Assembly: GCA_964619465.1 (NCBI GenBank)
Contig: CAZUES010000005.1
Location: 12,182 to 76,181 of the forward strand
Direction: 5' to 3'
Source of the DNA: an uncultured Gemmatimonas sp.
GTDB taxonomy: Bacteria > Gemmatimonadota > Gemmatimonadetes > Gemmatimonadales > GWC2-71-9
DNA length: 64,000 bases
Shown: in pieces, positions 26,346 through 35,932 of the stretch
Position numbering within the stretch: position 1 is the stretch's first letter
How the letters are laid out: each line of letters starts with the position of its first letter
Position numbers and translations under genes: made by a program
Notes under the pieces: generated by a model
Database searches by the model: none
Told to the model about the DNA's origin: nothing
Seen by the model: only the letters and a program-made list of their open reading frames with translations

Positions 26346-26780
26346 TTGCTTGCCGACCGAAGCATCGACAATCAACGCACAGTAGGCGCCTGGCGAAGTT
26401 CCGGCCTGATTCTCGTCGTCGACGATGAGGCCGGTATCGTTCGTCTGGCATCCCGCCTGTTGGCTGCGTCCGGTTTCGAAGTCCGAACCGCTACGGACGG
26501 TGCCGCCGGCCTGCAGCTGTTCAAAGACAGCGGTCGTCACGCACGACTGGCCATCCTGGATCGGACCATGCCCGGCCTTTCCGGTGACCAGCTGATGGCC
26601 GAGATCCATCGGACCCGTCCGGAGCTACCGGTTATCATTTCGAGCGGCTATCTCACGCCGGGAGAGGTCGAGCGCCTGCAGCGCGCCGGCGCGGCGGGAT
26701 TCGTGGCCAAGCCATATCGTCAGACCGAGTTGATTGCCGTCGTTCAAAGCGCTCTGGGCGAGAATAGCAGCTGTCGGTGA
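26346..26780 (+). CDS. stand-alone response regulator receiver domain (CheY-like)
   Basis: Contains LILVVDDE, the phospho-acceptor context LAILDRTMPGLSG, VIISSGY and FVAKPY. The TTG start follows a GGAGG SD. There is no output domain. Confidence 0.8.
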   Translation: MLADRSIDNQRTVGAWRSSGLILVVDDEAGIVRLASRLLAASGFEVRTATDGAAGLQLFKDSGRHARLAILDRTMPGLSGDQLMAEIHRTRPELPVIISSGYLTPGEVERLQRAGAAGFVAKPYRQTELIAVVQSALGENSSCR

Positions 26781-27955
26781 CATTGCGCCTCGGCCGGCTG
26801 ATTCAGTTCTCGATCTGCGCAGCTGCAGGGGCCGGATGCATCCCGACGTCCAGGCCGACCGGCACACCTGCCGAGACCCGCTGGGCCGGGGCGGACAGCG
26901 TACACAGCGACACGCTCGCGGCGGGACTCGTCCTTCATACCGTCCGGATTCCCCGCGGCCCCTGGGCGGTGTACCTGCTCGAAGCCGACCGCGCTGCGTG
27001 CTGGTTTCCGGTGGCGGTCAAAGCAGGCGGTCGAGCGGTTGGCCGAGAACCGACGTCGGACCTGCTTCGCAGCCTCGCAGACACCTTGCGGGACCCGGTC
27101 GGTGGCGGGGTCAACGCCGATTTCTTCAGTTTCGAACCACCGGGCATCCCGGTCGGTCCCCACATCAATGACGGTCGAGTCATTACCGGGCCTGCCATCA
27201 ACCGGCCGGCACTGGCCTTCGATCGCGACGGCAGGAGCTGGATGGGCCTGCTCGGTACGACGGGATTCCTTCGGTCGGCAGGTGACTCGCTTCCGATTAC
27301 CGGATGGAATCAGCGTCGCGCTCCCGGCATCCGTTTCTTCGACAACCGGTGGGGCGACGCAACCGATTCCGCCTCCAGCGCGGTAGAGGTGGCCATCGAT
27401 TCTTCCGGGCGCGTCATCGAAGTCGATACCATGAGTGCGGGGATCCGAATCCCGGCGGGCGGGAGCGTCGTCGTCATCGACGGAGTCGATACGTCACGCA
27501 CTGCGCAACGAGCGCGCGCGCTCCGCGTAGGCGACACGGTGACTTGGCGTCTTGGCTTGACCCCGTTCGCACCGGCCGTTGCGGTCGGCGGGCTTCCGAT
27601 CCTGCTGGCCGACAGCGTGGTGACGCCGAAGCTCGACAGTGTCGGGGGCGCTAACTTCGGTCCGGTCCGCCACCCGCGCACCGCGGTGGCCGTCCGACAC
27701 GATCGCCGGCGCCTCCTCCTCGTGGTCGTGGATGGGCGACAGCCCGCCTACAGCGAGGGGATGACGCTGGCTGAGTTGGCCAGTTTCCTCCGCGACATCG
27801 GCGCCACAGACGCGATCAATCTCGATGGCGGCGGCTCGACCACCATGGCGGTCCGCCGCGAGGACGGGATTGCTGTCGTCAACCGCCCCTCCGACCGCAC
27901 CGGCGAGCGTCCGGTTGCCAACGCATTGGCGTTAGTCAGGCGCTGCCGTCCGTAG
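26777..27955 (+). CDS. phosphodiester glycosidase family (DUF2233-like) lipoprotein
   Basis: Has the lipobox AAGAGC, the GVNADFF motif, and a C-terminal AINLDGGGSTTM. A GTGA overlap links it to the response regulator gene. Confidence 0.7.
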   Translation: MTLRLGRLIQFSICAAAGAGCIPTSRPTGTPAETRWAGADSVHSDTLAAGLVLHTVRIPRGPWAVYLLEADRAACWFPVAVKAGGRAVGREPTSDLLRSLADTLRDPVGGGVNADFFSFEPPGIPVGPHINDGRVITGPAINRPALAFDRDGRSWMGLLGTTGFLRSAGDSLPITGWNQRRAPGIRFFDNRWGDATDSASSAVEVAIDSSGRVIEVDTMSAGIRIPAGGSVVVIDGVDTSRTAQRARALRVGDTVTWRLGLTPFAPAVAVGGLPILLADSVVTPKLDSVGGANFGPVRHPRTAVAVRHDRRRLLLVVVDGRQPAYSEGMTLAELASFLRDIGATDAINLDGGGSTTMAVRREDGIAVVNRPSDRTGERPVANALALVRRCRP

Positions 27956-27961
27956 CAAGCT

Positions 27962-28549
27962 TTACGTCGGGTCGATCCCCAGCTGACTCGCGGCCTGATC
28001 GAGACGCTCGAGCCGATGGCGTGCGCGGCGATCGATCCAGATGGCCCAGACGACCACTCCGATCACAACCACCGCGGACGGAACCCACCAGAGCGCGAAT
28101 TGCGGCGGGCGACGAAGCGCCGGATCGCGCACCAGTATCCAGACGGCCAGCAGCACCCCCTCCACCGCAAGGAGCCAGAGGACGAATCGGGCTGCGCTCC
28201 GCTCACGCCGGCACCGCTCACTGGCCAGCGCCAGATAGTCCCGCATCGTCTGCCCAAGCGGCGACCAGATCCCGGCCCGATTCCTGACGGTAAAGCCCCA
28301 GACGACGACCGAATGAAGCACGGCTACGCCGAGCACCGTTGCGGCGGTAAGCGGGGGGAGACCGCGCACCGCCCACGCCGTGGCAACGAGCATGACAACC
28401 GTAACGACGACCTCGAGCGCCACGACCCAGCGCAGCAAGCGACTCTGCCGTTCAACCATCCGGCGAACCCATCGGGCGGGCGCATCCTCACCAACCGTGC
28501 CCCAGGTTCGCTCCCACCGCTGCCACTCGAGATCTCCCAGCGACGTCAT
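27962..28549 (-). CDS. multi-pass membrane protein, putative anti-sigma partner
   Basis: Overlaps the ECF sigma stop by 4 nt and has four predicted TM helices. No known motif was found, so the call is positional. Confidence 0.5.
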   Translation of the reverse strand: MTSLGDLEWQRWERTWGTVGEDAPARWVRRMVERQSRLLRWVVALEVVVTVVMLVATAWAVRGLPPLTAATVLGVAVLHSVVVWGFTVRNRAGIWSPLGQTMRDYLALASERCRRERSAARFVLWLLAVEGVLLAVWILVRDPALRRPPQFALWWVPSAVVVIGVVVWAIWIDRRARHRLERLDQAASQLGIDPT

Positions 28550-29043
28550 CCTTCACCTCCCAGAGCGCCGAGCCGCACGCGCAACTCCTTACGGGCACGC
28601 GAGAGCCGGACGGCAACGTTGTTCTCCGAGATACCTAGCACTTCTCCGATCTCGCCGTGGCTCAAGCCCTCCAGGCTGAGCAGGACGACCTGCCGATGTC
28701 CGTCGCCGAGTTGCCGAATCGCGTCGAGCAGCCGATCCCGTTCGGCGGCGGCAACCGCCATCGCGTCCGGACCCGGTCGCTCATCGCGCGCTGAATCATC
28801 GAGCTCGACCGGCTCGGGACGGCGTCGGCTCCGGTGGGTCAACCCGCGGTTGTGGCCGATTCGAAAGGCGAAGGTCCGCTCGCTGCATTCCCCACGGAAG
28901 GTCGGCAGCGATCGCCAGATGGCAAAGCAGATTTCCTGGAACAGATCGTCCGCGTCGGCCGTCGTCCGCCCGTAAGCAAGGGCCAGACGGCGCAAGGCCG
29001 GGCCGTGGAGTTGGACGATCCGTTCGAATTGCTGCTCGACCAT
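28546..29043 (-). CDS. ECF-type RNA polymerase sigma factor
   Basis: Region 2 is DADDLFQEICFAIWRSL. Region 4 is LEGLSHGEIGEVLGISENNVAVRLSRARKELR. Confidence 0.85.
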   Translation of the reverse strand: MVEQQFERIVQLHGPALRRLALAYGRTTADADDLFQEICFAIWRSLPTFRGECSERTFAFRIGHNRGLTHRSRRRPEPVELDDSARDERPGPDAMAVAAAERDRLLDAIRQLGDGHRQVVLLSLEGLSHGEIGEVLGISENNVAVRLSRARKELRVRLGALGGEG

Positions 29044-29178
29044 TTGAGAGGTAGTCCCCGCCGGCCGGAAAAGCTGTCAGAAGGGCCGTCTGTTGCACCG
29101 GCGGCGGACGACCGAGATCTTTGATAGGCCCCGAACGGCACCCGGTTCCCACTTCAGTCAACATCGGAGCAACTGTCG

Positions 29179-29568
29179 ATGTCTACCGTCGATCTGCAAA
29201 CAGCAACGCTTGGCCAGGTGGCCATTCGGGTCCACGATGTCGGCCGCGCTACGGCCTTTTATCGGGATCAGCTTGGCCTGCCGCTCTTGTTCGAGTTTAC
29301 CGGGCTCGCCTTTTTCCGCTGCGGCGACGTCCGACTGATGCTTTCACGCGCCGAGAAACCGGAATTCGACCATCCCGGATCGATCCTCTACTATCGCGTT
29401 TCCGACGTCGAGGCCACGTTCACCGAACTAACCAGCCGCGGCGTCGAATTCGTCGACACGCCGCATGTGGTCCATCGCACACCCGCGTCCGAACTCTGGA
29501 TGGCCTTTTTCCACGACTCCGAAGGCAACCACGCCGCGCTGATGGCGGAAAAGCCGGTTTCCAGCTGA
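29179..29568 (+). CDS. VOC (glyoxalase/bleomycin-resistance/dioxygenase) family protein
   Basis: 129 aa: LGQVAIRVHDVGRATAFYRDQLGL...FHDSEGNHAALM. Confidence 0.75.
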   Translation: MSTVDLQTATLGQVAIRVHDVGRATAFYRDQLGLPLLFEFTGLAFFRCGDVRLMLSRAEKPEFDHPGSILYYRVSDVEATFTELTSRGVEFVDTPHVVHRTPASELWMAFFHDSEGNHAALMAEKPVSS

Positions 29569-29592
29569 CCGATGTGGGCCAACCGCTTCGAG

Positions 29593-30171
29593 TCAGTCGA
29601 CTGGCGGCGGGAAGTGCGACAGCCGATCCCGGGTCGAGTAGAGGTATTCGATCGCGTCGGCGACGTGTTCATCACCGATATGATGGTCACCCCGCTCGAC
29701 CCGGAGTTGATGCGCCTTCATCAGCACGTCGGCGGCCCGAAAGCCGTCGGGCACTTCGAACTTGTAGCAGGCGAGTTCGACCTTGAGACCGTTGGGATCC
29801 CGCAGATAGATCGAGTTCATGAACCCGCGATCGCGCTCGATGAAGCTGATGCCACGGGCGCGAAGTCGGTCCGGAGCCAGCGAGAAAGTAGAGCGAGACA
29901 CATTGAAAGCCAGATGGTCGACGCATCCGATTTCACGCGGAGCATCGCGTCCGGCGTCGGTCCGCGACTCGTTGGTAAACACGGTCAGCAGGCGCCCATC
30001 CCCCGGATCGAAGTAGAGATGGCTCTCGTCCGCCTTGCCCAGGTTGGGCTGCTCGAGAACGAAGGGCATCCCGAGCACCCCCTCCCAGAAGTCGATGGCG
30101 CTCTGGCGGGTCGAACCGATGATCGTGATGTGATGAACGCCCTGCACCTGAACCTTCTTCATTGCACCCAA
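29593..30171 (-). CDS. VOC family protein (two-module glyoxalase/ring-cleavage dioxygenase-like)
   Basis: GVHHITIIGSTRQSAIDFWEGVLGM, HLAFNV and YLRDPNGLKVEL are typical VOC modules. Confidence 0.7.
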   Translation of the reverse strand: MGAMKKVQVQGVHHITIIGSTRQSAIDFWEGVLGMPFVLEQPNLGKADESHLYFDPGDGRLLTVFTNESRTDAGRDAPREIGCVDHLAFNVSRSTFSLAPDRLRARGISFIERDRGFMNSIYLRDPNGLKVELACYKFEVPDGFRAADVLMKAHQLRVERGDHHIGDEHVADAIEYLYSTRDRLSHFPPPVD

Positions 30172-30190
30172 CCGGATTCAGTTCCCAATC

Positions 30191-31741
30191 CTAACGCTGC
30201 CCGGAGACGCTCTTTCGCGTAAAGACGACGCCTTCCTGATACGGCGTCGCAAACGGCGGCCCGCGCATCTCGAGCGCACTGATGGTTCCATTCGGATCGA
30301 CCCGGAAGATGGCAAAGGTGTTGACCCCGGGCGTACGGGAGATGTTCCAGGTCACCCCATAGGTATCGAGATGCCAATGGTCGAGCTTGCCCCACTGTTC
30401 GGCGCTCCGCTTGAGGCTCAAGCTGCCACCCTCCTGCTCGATCCGAAGATCGCCGTAAAACGAGTTCTCATAGACGCCGACATACCGATCCATCGCAAGC
30501 GAGGGACGGGTTCCGGCCACCCGCTGCGCAGTCAGCGTCGCGCGCACCGAATCGGCTCGGCGCTGCTGCTCGCGCGCCTGGGTCAGGTACAGTGTGCTCC
30601 AGTCGCGCTCCGGCGCCCCGATGAAACGGTCCAGCACGGCAAACGGCAGAGCGTTCTGCAGATTCTGCCCGTCCGTGTTGGTCAGCACGACCACTCCGAC
30701 ATCGGCCTCGGGCAGCCAGGCCATCTGCGAGAGCATGCCATCGATCCCGCCACCATGTGAAACCAGCAGCTTGCCGTAGTAGTCGCGAAGCCAGAAGCCG
30801 AGTCCGTAGGTATCGAAGTGCACCATCGGCAGTAACGGGTCGCGACCCGTGCCGGCAACCGTCTGAGCGGTTTCCATCTCGTCCTGGAACTGCTTGCTCA
30901 GCAATTGGGTGCCTCGATAGCGGCCATCCCGGAGATGGAACCGGATATACTGCGCCATGTCGAGCACATTGGCGTTGATCGACCCGGCCGGGCCGACGTT
31001 GTCGATGTTCCGATAGTTGATCGGGACCGGCTTGCCGTCCACCAGGGCATGCGGCCGCGCGACATCGGGGCCGGTCTGATCGTTGGCGCTCGTATTGCTG
31101 GTCGTCATACCGAGCGGCGTGAAGATCCGCTGCTTGACGAAATCATCCCAGGAAATGCCGGCCGCCTTGCCGATGATCTGCCCCGCGGCAAGAAACATGA
31201 TGTTGTTGTATCCGAAGGTCGATCGGAAGCTGGTGGCAGCCGGCTGATGCAGGGTTCGCTGAAGAATCTCGTCCTTCGAGAAACCGCTGCCCATCCAGAC
31301 CGCGTCGCCGCGGAAGAAACCGCTGCGATGAGTCACCAGATCCCGCACCGTGAGTTCCCGCGTGATATACGGGTCGGACATCGCGAACTCGGGCAGATGC
31401 TGCATCATCCGATCGTCGAGCTTGAGCTTCCCCTCGTCCTGCAGCATGCCGAGAGCCACGACAGTGAACGACTTCGAATTGGAACCGATGGCAAACCGGG
31501 TCCGTTCGTCGACCTTGTCCGGCTTGCTCGCGTCCTTGAAGCCGAATCCCTTGGCATAGATGACCGAATCACCCTTGACGATGGCGACGGCGAGACCGGC
31601 AACGTTCCAGTCCTGCCGCGCCTTCTCGATGTAGGCGTCGAGACCGCGCAGGGGGTCGGCCTGGCGTTGAGCGGCAAGGGGCGCAGCAACGGTCGCGAGT
31701 ACGAACGTGGCTGCCGCTGTGAATCGGGACAGACGCATCAT
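30191..31741 (-). CDS. serine hydrolase (beta-lactamase/PBP4* class C-like family), secreted
   Basis: Has a signal peptide (MMRLSRFTAAATFVLATVAAPLAAQ) and the SxxK motif GSNSKSF. Start at ATG 31741. Confidence 0.8.
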   Translation of the reverse strand: MMRLSRFTAAATFVLATVAAPLAAQRQADPLRGLDAYIEKARQDWNVAGLAVAIVKGDSVIYAKGFGFKDASKPDKVDERTRFAIGSNSKSFTVVALGMLQDEGKLKLDDRMMQHLPEFAMSDPYITRELTVRDLVTHRSGFFRGDAVWMGSGFSKDEILQRTLHQPAATSFRSTFGYNNIMFLAAGQIIGKAAGISWDDFVKQRIFTPLGMTTSNTSANDQTGPDVARPHALVDGKPVPINYRNIDNVGPAGSINANVLDMAQYIRFHLRDGRYRGTQLLSKQFQDEMETAQTVAGTGRDPLLPMVHFDTYGLGFWLRDYYGKLLVSHGGGIDGMLSQMAWLPEADVGVVVLTNTDGQNLQNALPFAVLDRFIGAPERDWSTLYLTQAREQQRRADSVRATLTAQRVAGTRPSLAMDRYVGVYENSFYGDLRIEQEGGSLSLKRSAEQWGKLDHWHLDTYGVTWNISRTPGVNTFAIFRVDPNGTISALEMRGPPFATPYQEGVVFTRKSVSGQR

Positions 31742-31884
31742 AGTGACCTCAACGGAATTACGAAGGATAGACGCATCAAAGATCGTTGCCGGTGGAAGTG
31801 CCGCAAGGGGAATCGGCCAATACATCAGGCACGATCACAGCGGTCGGCGTAGCTTTGAGGAGAAATCAAACACGGTGAGCCGCC

Positions 31885-32559
31885 ATGAGTGTTCCGACAT
31901 CAGCACCCAGGAATGCACCGGCAACCCGAGCGCTTGGCATGACGGTCGCGCTGCTGGCATGGACCGCCGTCCTGCTGCAACTCGGCCTCTCGATCAGGCT
32001 TGCCCAGGCCAACGGCGGCTCGATCGCTTCGGGTGTGGTGACCTACCTCGGATACTTCACGATTCTGACCAATCTGCTGGTGGCGGCGACGGTAACACTG
32101 TCTCTGCTGCTCCCCGATTCCCGGGCGGGACGCTTCTTCCGGCGACCCGGAGTCGGCACCGCCGTTGCCGCGGCGATCATGCTGGTCAGTCTCACGTATC
32201 ACCTGCTGCTTCGGAACATCTGGGATCCCCAAGGCCTGTACCTGGTGGCCGACGTCATGCTCCACTATGTCGTCCCGATCCTGTATCTGACCTACTGGCT
32301 GCTGGCGATCCCGGTGCATGGCATCCGATGGTCGGATCTTTCGCGCTGGACCCTCTACCCGATCGGCTATTTCGCCTACGCCCTCCTCCGAGGAGCCCTG
32401 CTACAGACCTACCCGTACCCGTTCATCGACGTGACCACGCTCGGGTACGGCGGCGTATTCCTGAATGCACTGGCCATCCTGGCAGCCTATCTCCTCGTCG
32501 CGACTCTACTCGTGCTGGTCGGTCGGATACGGGACCGCCGCCTGGCCGCCTCGACCTGA
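31885..32559 (+). CDS. Pr6Pr/FAR-17a-AIG1-like integral membrane protein
   Basis: Six TM segments, with YFTILTNLLVA, HYVVPILY and YPYPFID motifs. Confidence 0.65.
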   Translation: MSVPTSAPRNAPATRALGMTVALLAWTAVLLQLGLSIRLAQANGGSIASGVVTYLGYFTILTNLLVAATVTLSLLLPDSRAGRFFRRPGVGTAVAAAIMLVSLTYHLLLRNIWDPQGLYLVADVMLHYVVPILYLTYWLLAIPVHGIRWSDLSRWTLYPIGYFAYALLRGALLQTYPYPFIDVTTLGYGGVFLNALAILAAYLLVATLLVLVGRIRDRRLAAST

Positions 32560-32568
32560 CCGACTCGA

Positions 32569-35283
32569 TCACTCCGAGCGCAGGGCGACGATCGGATCGA
32601 TCGCGGCCGCGCGCAGCGCGGGACGCAGACTCGCGACGACCGCGACCGCGAGCAACACCGCGACCACTACGATCAGCGTGATCGGATCCGCCGGCGCGAC
32701 ACCCACCAGGAAGCCCGCCAGCAGACGTCCCATCGCAAGCGCACCAAGCAAGCCGACCCCGACTCCGGCGGCGACCACCACCAGCGACTGTCTGACGACG
32801 GCCCGCCCTACCGATGCGGCAGGGGCACCGACGGCAATGCGCACCCCGATTTCCCGGGTCCGGCGCGCCACCGTATAAGAAACCACACCGTACAGCCCGA
32901 TGACGCTCAGGAACAGCGCGGCTACCGCCGAAATACCGAGCAGCAGCATTAGAACGCTGACACGCCGCAGCGAGGCGCTCACGATGTCGTCCATGGTCCG
33001 CGGGTTTTCGACGGCCGCATCGGTGTCGATGTCCCGGACGATCTGCCGCACCTCGGGCATCAGGGCCAGCGGATTTCCCCCGGCGACTTTGACGACGAGA
33101 CGCATCCGGGCGGGTGGCCTCCACAGCCAGGTGCCGGGTATCGCCTCGAGCGGGAAGTACGCCACTTCCGCCGGCGGCCGATCGAGCCCCTGCCAGCGAA
33201 GCGCCCGTGTCATACCGACGACCCGAAATGACGGCCCCGTTCTGGGCGAGGGGCCGTTGACCGCTCGATCGAGCACTCGGCCATCAGGAAAGATCCGCCG
33301 GGCCAGCACGTCGGAAACGGCTGTTCCGCCGGTTTGGCCGTCGATATCTGCCCAGGTCAGGTCGCGGCCCTCGATGGCGACACCGAGCGCGGTGAAGTAG
33401 CCCGGGCCGATCACCGTGTTGAGAATACAGGAAACGTTGAGGCCCGGATCGCGATCCGGATAGTCGAAGACCGAGCAGCCGTCGTCGACCTCGAGCGGCA
33501 CCGCGCTTCCTACGGTGGCCACCCGAACCGACGGCAGCTCCTCGAGCCGCTGGCTCAGCTGGCGATAGAACCCGGTCGTCCGTTCGTACGTCTGATACTC
33601 GCTGAACGGCAACGCCAGATCCGCAACGAGCACCCCGGACGGATCGAACCCGGACTCCACGGTGCGAAGCGACTGAAAGCTCCGAATCAGCAGGCCCGCC
33701 GCGGCCAGCAGCACCATGGCAACCGCTACCTGCGCTACGACGAGCAGATGGCGGGCCGCATTCTCCCGTCGGGATGCCGTGAGCCCCTGGGCCGCCCGCA
33801 CCGCCTCCCCGCCCTCGGGATCGGAAGCGAACTGGACTGCCACGAAGCCAAGGCCGGCCAGAAGAGCAATCCCCGATGCAAAGACGACTCCCCGCGCGTC
33901 CAGCGCCACCTCGGCGAGCCGCGGCAAGGTCACGCCGCTCCGGCCGGCTTCGTCAGGCATGGCAGCCAGCAGCAACTCGAGGCCGACCGAGGCCAATCCC
34001 AGGCCGAGCAGCAGGCCGGCACCGACCACCAGCACTGCTTCGGCCAGGTGGTGCCAGGCGAGCTGGCTGCGATTCGCTCCCAAGAGCGACCGCACCGCCA
34101 CCTCGCGCCGCAGAGTCTGACTCCGCACCAGAAACAGGTTGCCGACATTGGCCGCCGCGATCAGCAGCACCAGAGCGGAGGCCGCGAAGAGCACCCAGAG
34201 CGTGCGCGGCGCATCACCGATGGTGGCGTCCTTCCACAGGACCGTGCGGGTGGTGAACCCGGTATTCTCCATGAAGCGCGGCGAATACGCCGTCGGAAAG
34301 CGATCGACGTACGTCGTCGCCAGAGCGGCCAGCTCCCGCGATGCCGCATCCGGCGTAACGCCAGGCGCTAGACGGGCAACGGCCCAATAGACGTGGTTGT
34401 TGGCCGGCGGGGCGCCGGGGGTGTACCTCTGGGGCACCCACAGGTCGACCGTCCAGTCCGGAAGACCGATGCGTCCGGCCACTACGCCCACGATTTCCGC
34501 AGCAGCCCCTTCGATCCTGAGCGTCGCACCGATGACCTCGGGCGAAGCGCCAAACCGGGTGCGCCAATACCGCTCGCTGAGCAAAACGACCGCGGGCGAG
34601 GCAACGTCGTTGTCGCCTTCGGTGAGGAGACGGCCCGCCAGCGGCGATGCGCCGAGCAGCGGGAGCGCCCCGGCACTCACCATGCCGGCATTGACGCGGC
34701 TGGCCTGGTCGTCGAACGCCACGGTCAGACGCTGATTGCCGTAGATCGCGACCGCGTCGAAGGTTCGGCGTTCCCGCCCGAACAGTTCGAACTCGGCAAT
34801 CGAGATGTTCCATTCCTGATTCGGACCGATTTTCGGCACCGGGTGAAAGATGCGGACCAGCCGATCGGCGTCCGGATAGGGCAGCGGTCGCAGCACCACG
34901 GCGTCGAGCACCGTGAACACCGCCACACTCGCGGCAATGCCTACCGCGAGCGTCAGCACGGCAACCAGGCTGAAGCTGGGCGTCCGTCGCAGAGCCCGCC
35001 AGGCCCGGCGCATTTCCTGCCTGGCTACCGTAAACCGTTCCCGGCGATGATCGCCGCGCCGCTGTCGAACCTCCTCACGGCTCGCTTCGCTTCGATACCG
35101 GGTCGGGTCGCCGAACCGCCGCCGAGCCTCGGCCTCCGCCTGCTCGGCAGACATGCCCGCGGCGAGATTGGCCTCGACCTGCGCTTCGATATGATGGGCC
35201 ATCTCGTCGCGCAGATCCGCATCGACGTCGCCCCGACGAAAAATGTCCCGCAACGGCTGATACTTGTCCGGAAGCCACCGCAT
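32569..35283 (-). CDS. ADOP-type (MacB-like, duplicated FtsX) permease with an N-terminal prefix domain
   Basis: 904 aa. The prefix is DVDADLRDEMAHHIEAQVEANL..., followed by two FtsX blocks and a C-terminal ...AAAIDPIVALRSE. It starts 15 nt downstream of a PadR gene. Confidence 0.85.
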   Translation of the reverse strand: MRWLPDKYQPLRDIFRRGDVDADLRDEMAHHIEAQVEANLAAGMSAEQAEAEARRRFGDPTRYRSEASREEVRQRRGDHRRERFTVARQEMRRAWRALRRTPSFSLVAVLTLAVGIAASVAVFTVLDAVVLRPLPYPDADRLVRIFHPVPKIGPNQEWNISIAEFELFGRERRTFDAVAIYGNQRLTVAFDDQASRVNAGMVSAGALPLLGASPLAGRLLTEGDNDVASPAVVLLSERYWRTRFGASPEVIGATLRIEGAAAEIVGVVAGRIGLPDWTVDLWVPQRYTPGAPPANNHVYWAVARLAPGVTPDAASRELAALATTYVDRFPTAYSPRFMENTGFTTRTVLWKDATIGDAPRTLWVLFAASALVLLIAAANVGNLFLVRSQTLRREVAVRSLLGANRSQLAWHHLAEAVLVVGAGLLLGLGLASVGLELLLAAMPDEAGRSGVTLPRLAEVALDARGVVFASGIALLAGLGFVAVQFASDPEGGEAVRAAQGLTASRRENAARHLLVVAQVAVAMVLLAAAGLLIRSFQSLRTVESGFDPSGVLVADLALPFSEYQTYERTTGFYRQLSQRLEELPSVRVATVGSAVPLEVDDGCSVFDYPDRDPGLNVSCILNTVIGPGYFTALGVAIEGRDLTWADIDGQTGGTAVSDVLARRIFPDGRVLDRAVNGPSPRTGPSFRVVGMTRALRWQGLDRPPAEVAYFPLEAIPGTWLWRPPARMRLVVKVAGGNPLALMPEVRQIVRDIDTDAAVENPRTMDDIVSASLRRVSVLMLLLGISAVAALFLSVIGLYGVVSYTVARRTREIGVRIAVGAPAASVGRAVVRQSLVVVAAGVGVGLLGALAMGRLLAGFLVGVAPADPITLIVVVAVLLAVAVVASLRPALRAAAIDPIVALRSE

Positions 35284-35298
35284 GCGAACACTCCTGGT

Positions 35299-35637
35299 TT
35301 ACGACGACCGGCCGGGTTCACCCGCCATGACCAGGCCGACGACCCGGGTGAATCGGCTCCAATTCCGGCTCTCGGCGGCCAAATGCTCCCGGCCCGCCGG
35401 CGTCAATTCGTAGTAACGAGCCCGGCGCTTGTTGGCGGTGATGCCCCACTGGGCCAGAAGCCACCCTTTTCGGGTCATCCGATGGAGCGCGGGATAGAGC
35501 GACCCCTCTTCGACCACCAGCGCATCACCGGTACGGGCCTCGATCCAGCGGGCCACCCCAAACCCGTGGTTGGGACCCCAGGACAGGGCCTTCAGAATCA
35601 GCATGTCGAGGGTGCCCTGCAGCAGGTCCAGGCTCAT
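35299..35637 (-). CDS. PadR family transcriptional regulator
   Basis: 112 aa: LDMLILKALSWGPNHGFGVARWIE...GSLYPALHRMTRKGWL...RYYELTPAGREHL. Confidence 0.9.
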   Translation of the reverse strand: MSLDLLQGTLDMLILKALSWGPNHGFGVARWIEARTGDALVVEEGSLYPALHRMTRKGWLLAQWGITANKRRARYYELTPAGREHLAAESRNWSRFTRVVGLVMAGEPGRSS

Positions 35638-35652
35638 CGTCAGGTCTCCTTA

Positions 35653-35675
35653 TTACCATAGACACTCTATGGTAA
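35653..35675. promoter_or_regulatory. perfect palindrome, putative operator of the second PadR
   Basis: TTACCATAG-acact-CTATGGTAA lies 16-38 nt upstream of the PadR ATG, just upstream of its GGAGA SD. A further related half-site pair, TACCATGCGTGGGTACC, is at 35766-35782. Confidence 0.5.
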
Positions 35676-35932
35676 CGAAACGTTGCCATGGTTGGTTTCA
35701 CCCGGGCCTCCGCGCCGGCCCTGAAAGCATCTCCCGAGTTTAGGCCGAACTCGCGCGTGAACGAATACCATGCGTGGGTACCGCAAGCATTACCTCGCGC
35801 CGCTGGAGTCAGGGCCGGAAAACATCGCGCGGATTCGGCCCGTCTTGCGTCATTCGGGTTACCACGGCGGGGCATCGCGCAGCGAAGGTGGTGGATGCCG
35901 AGTTGCCCACCACCCCTCGAGGGCCGCACATT

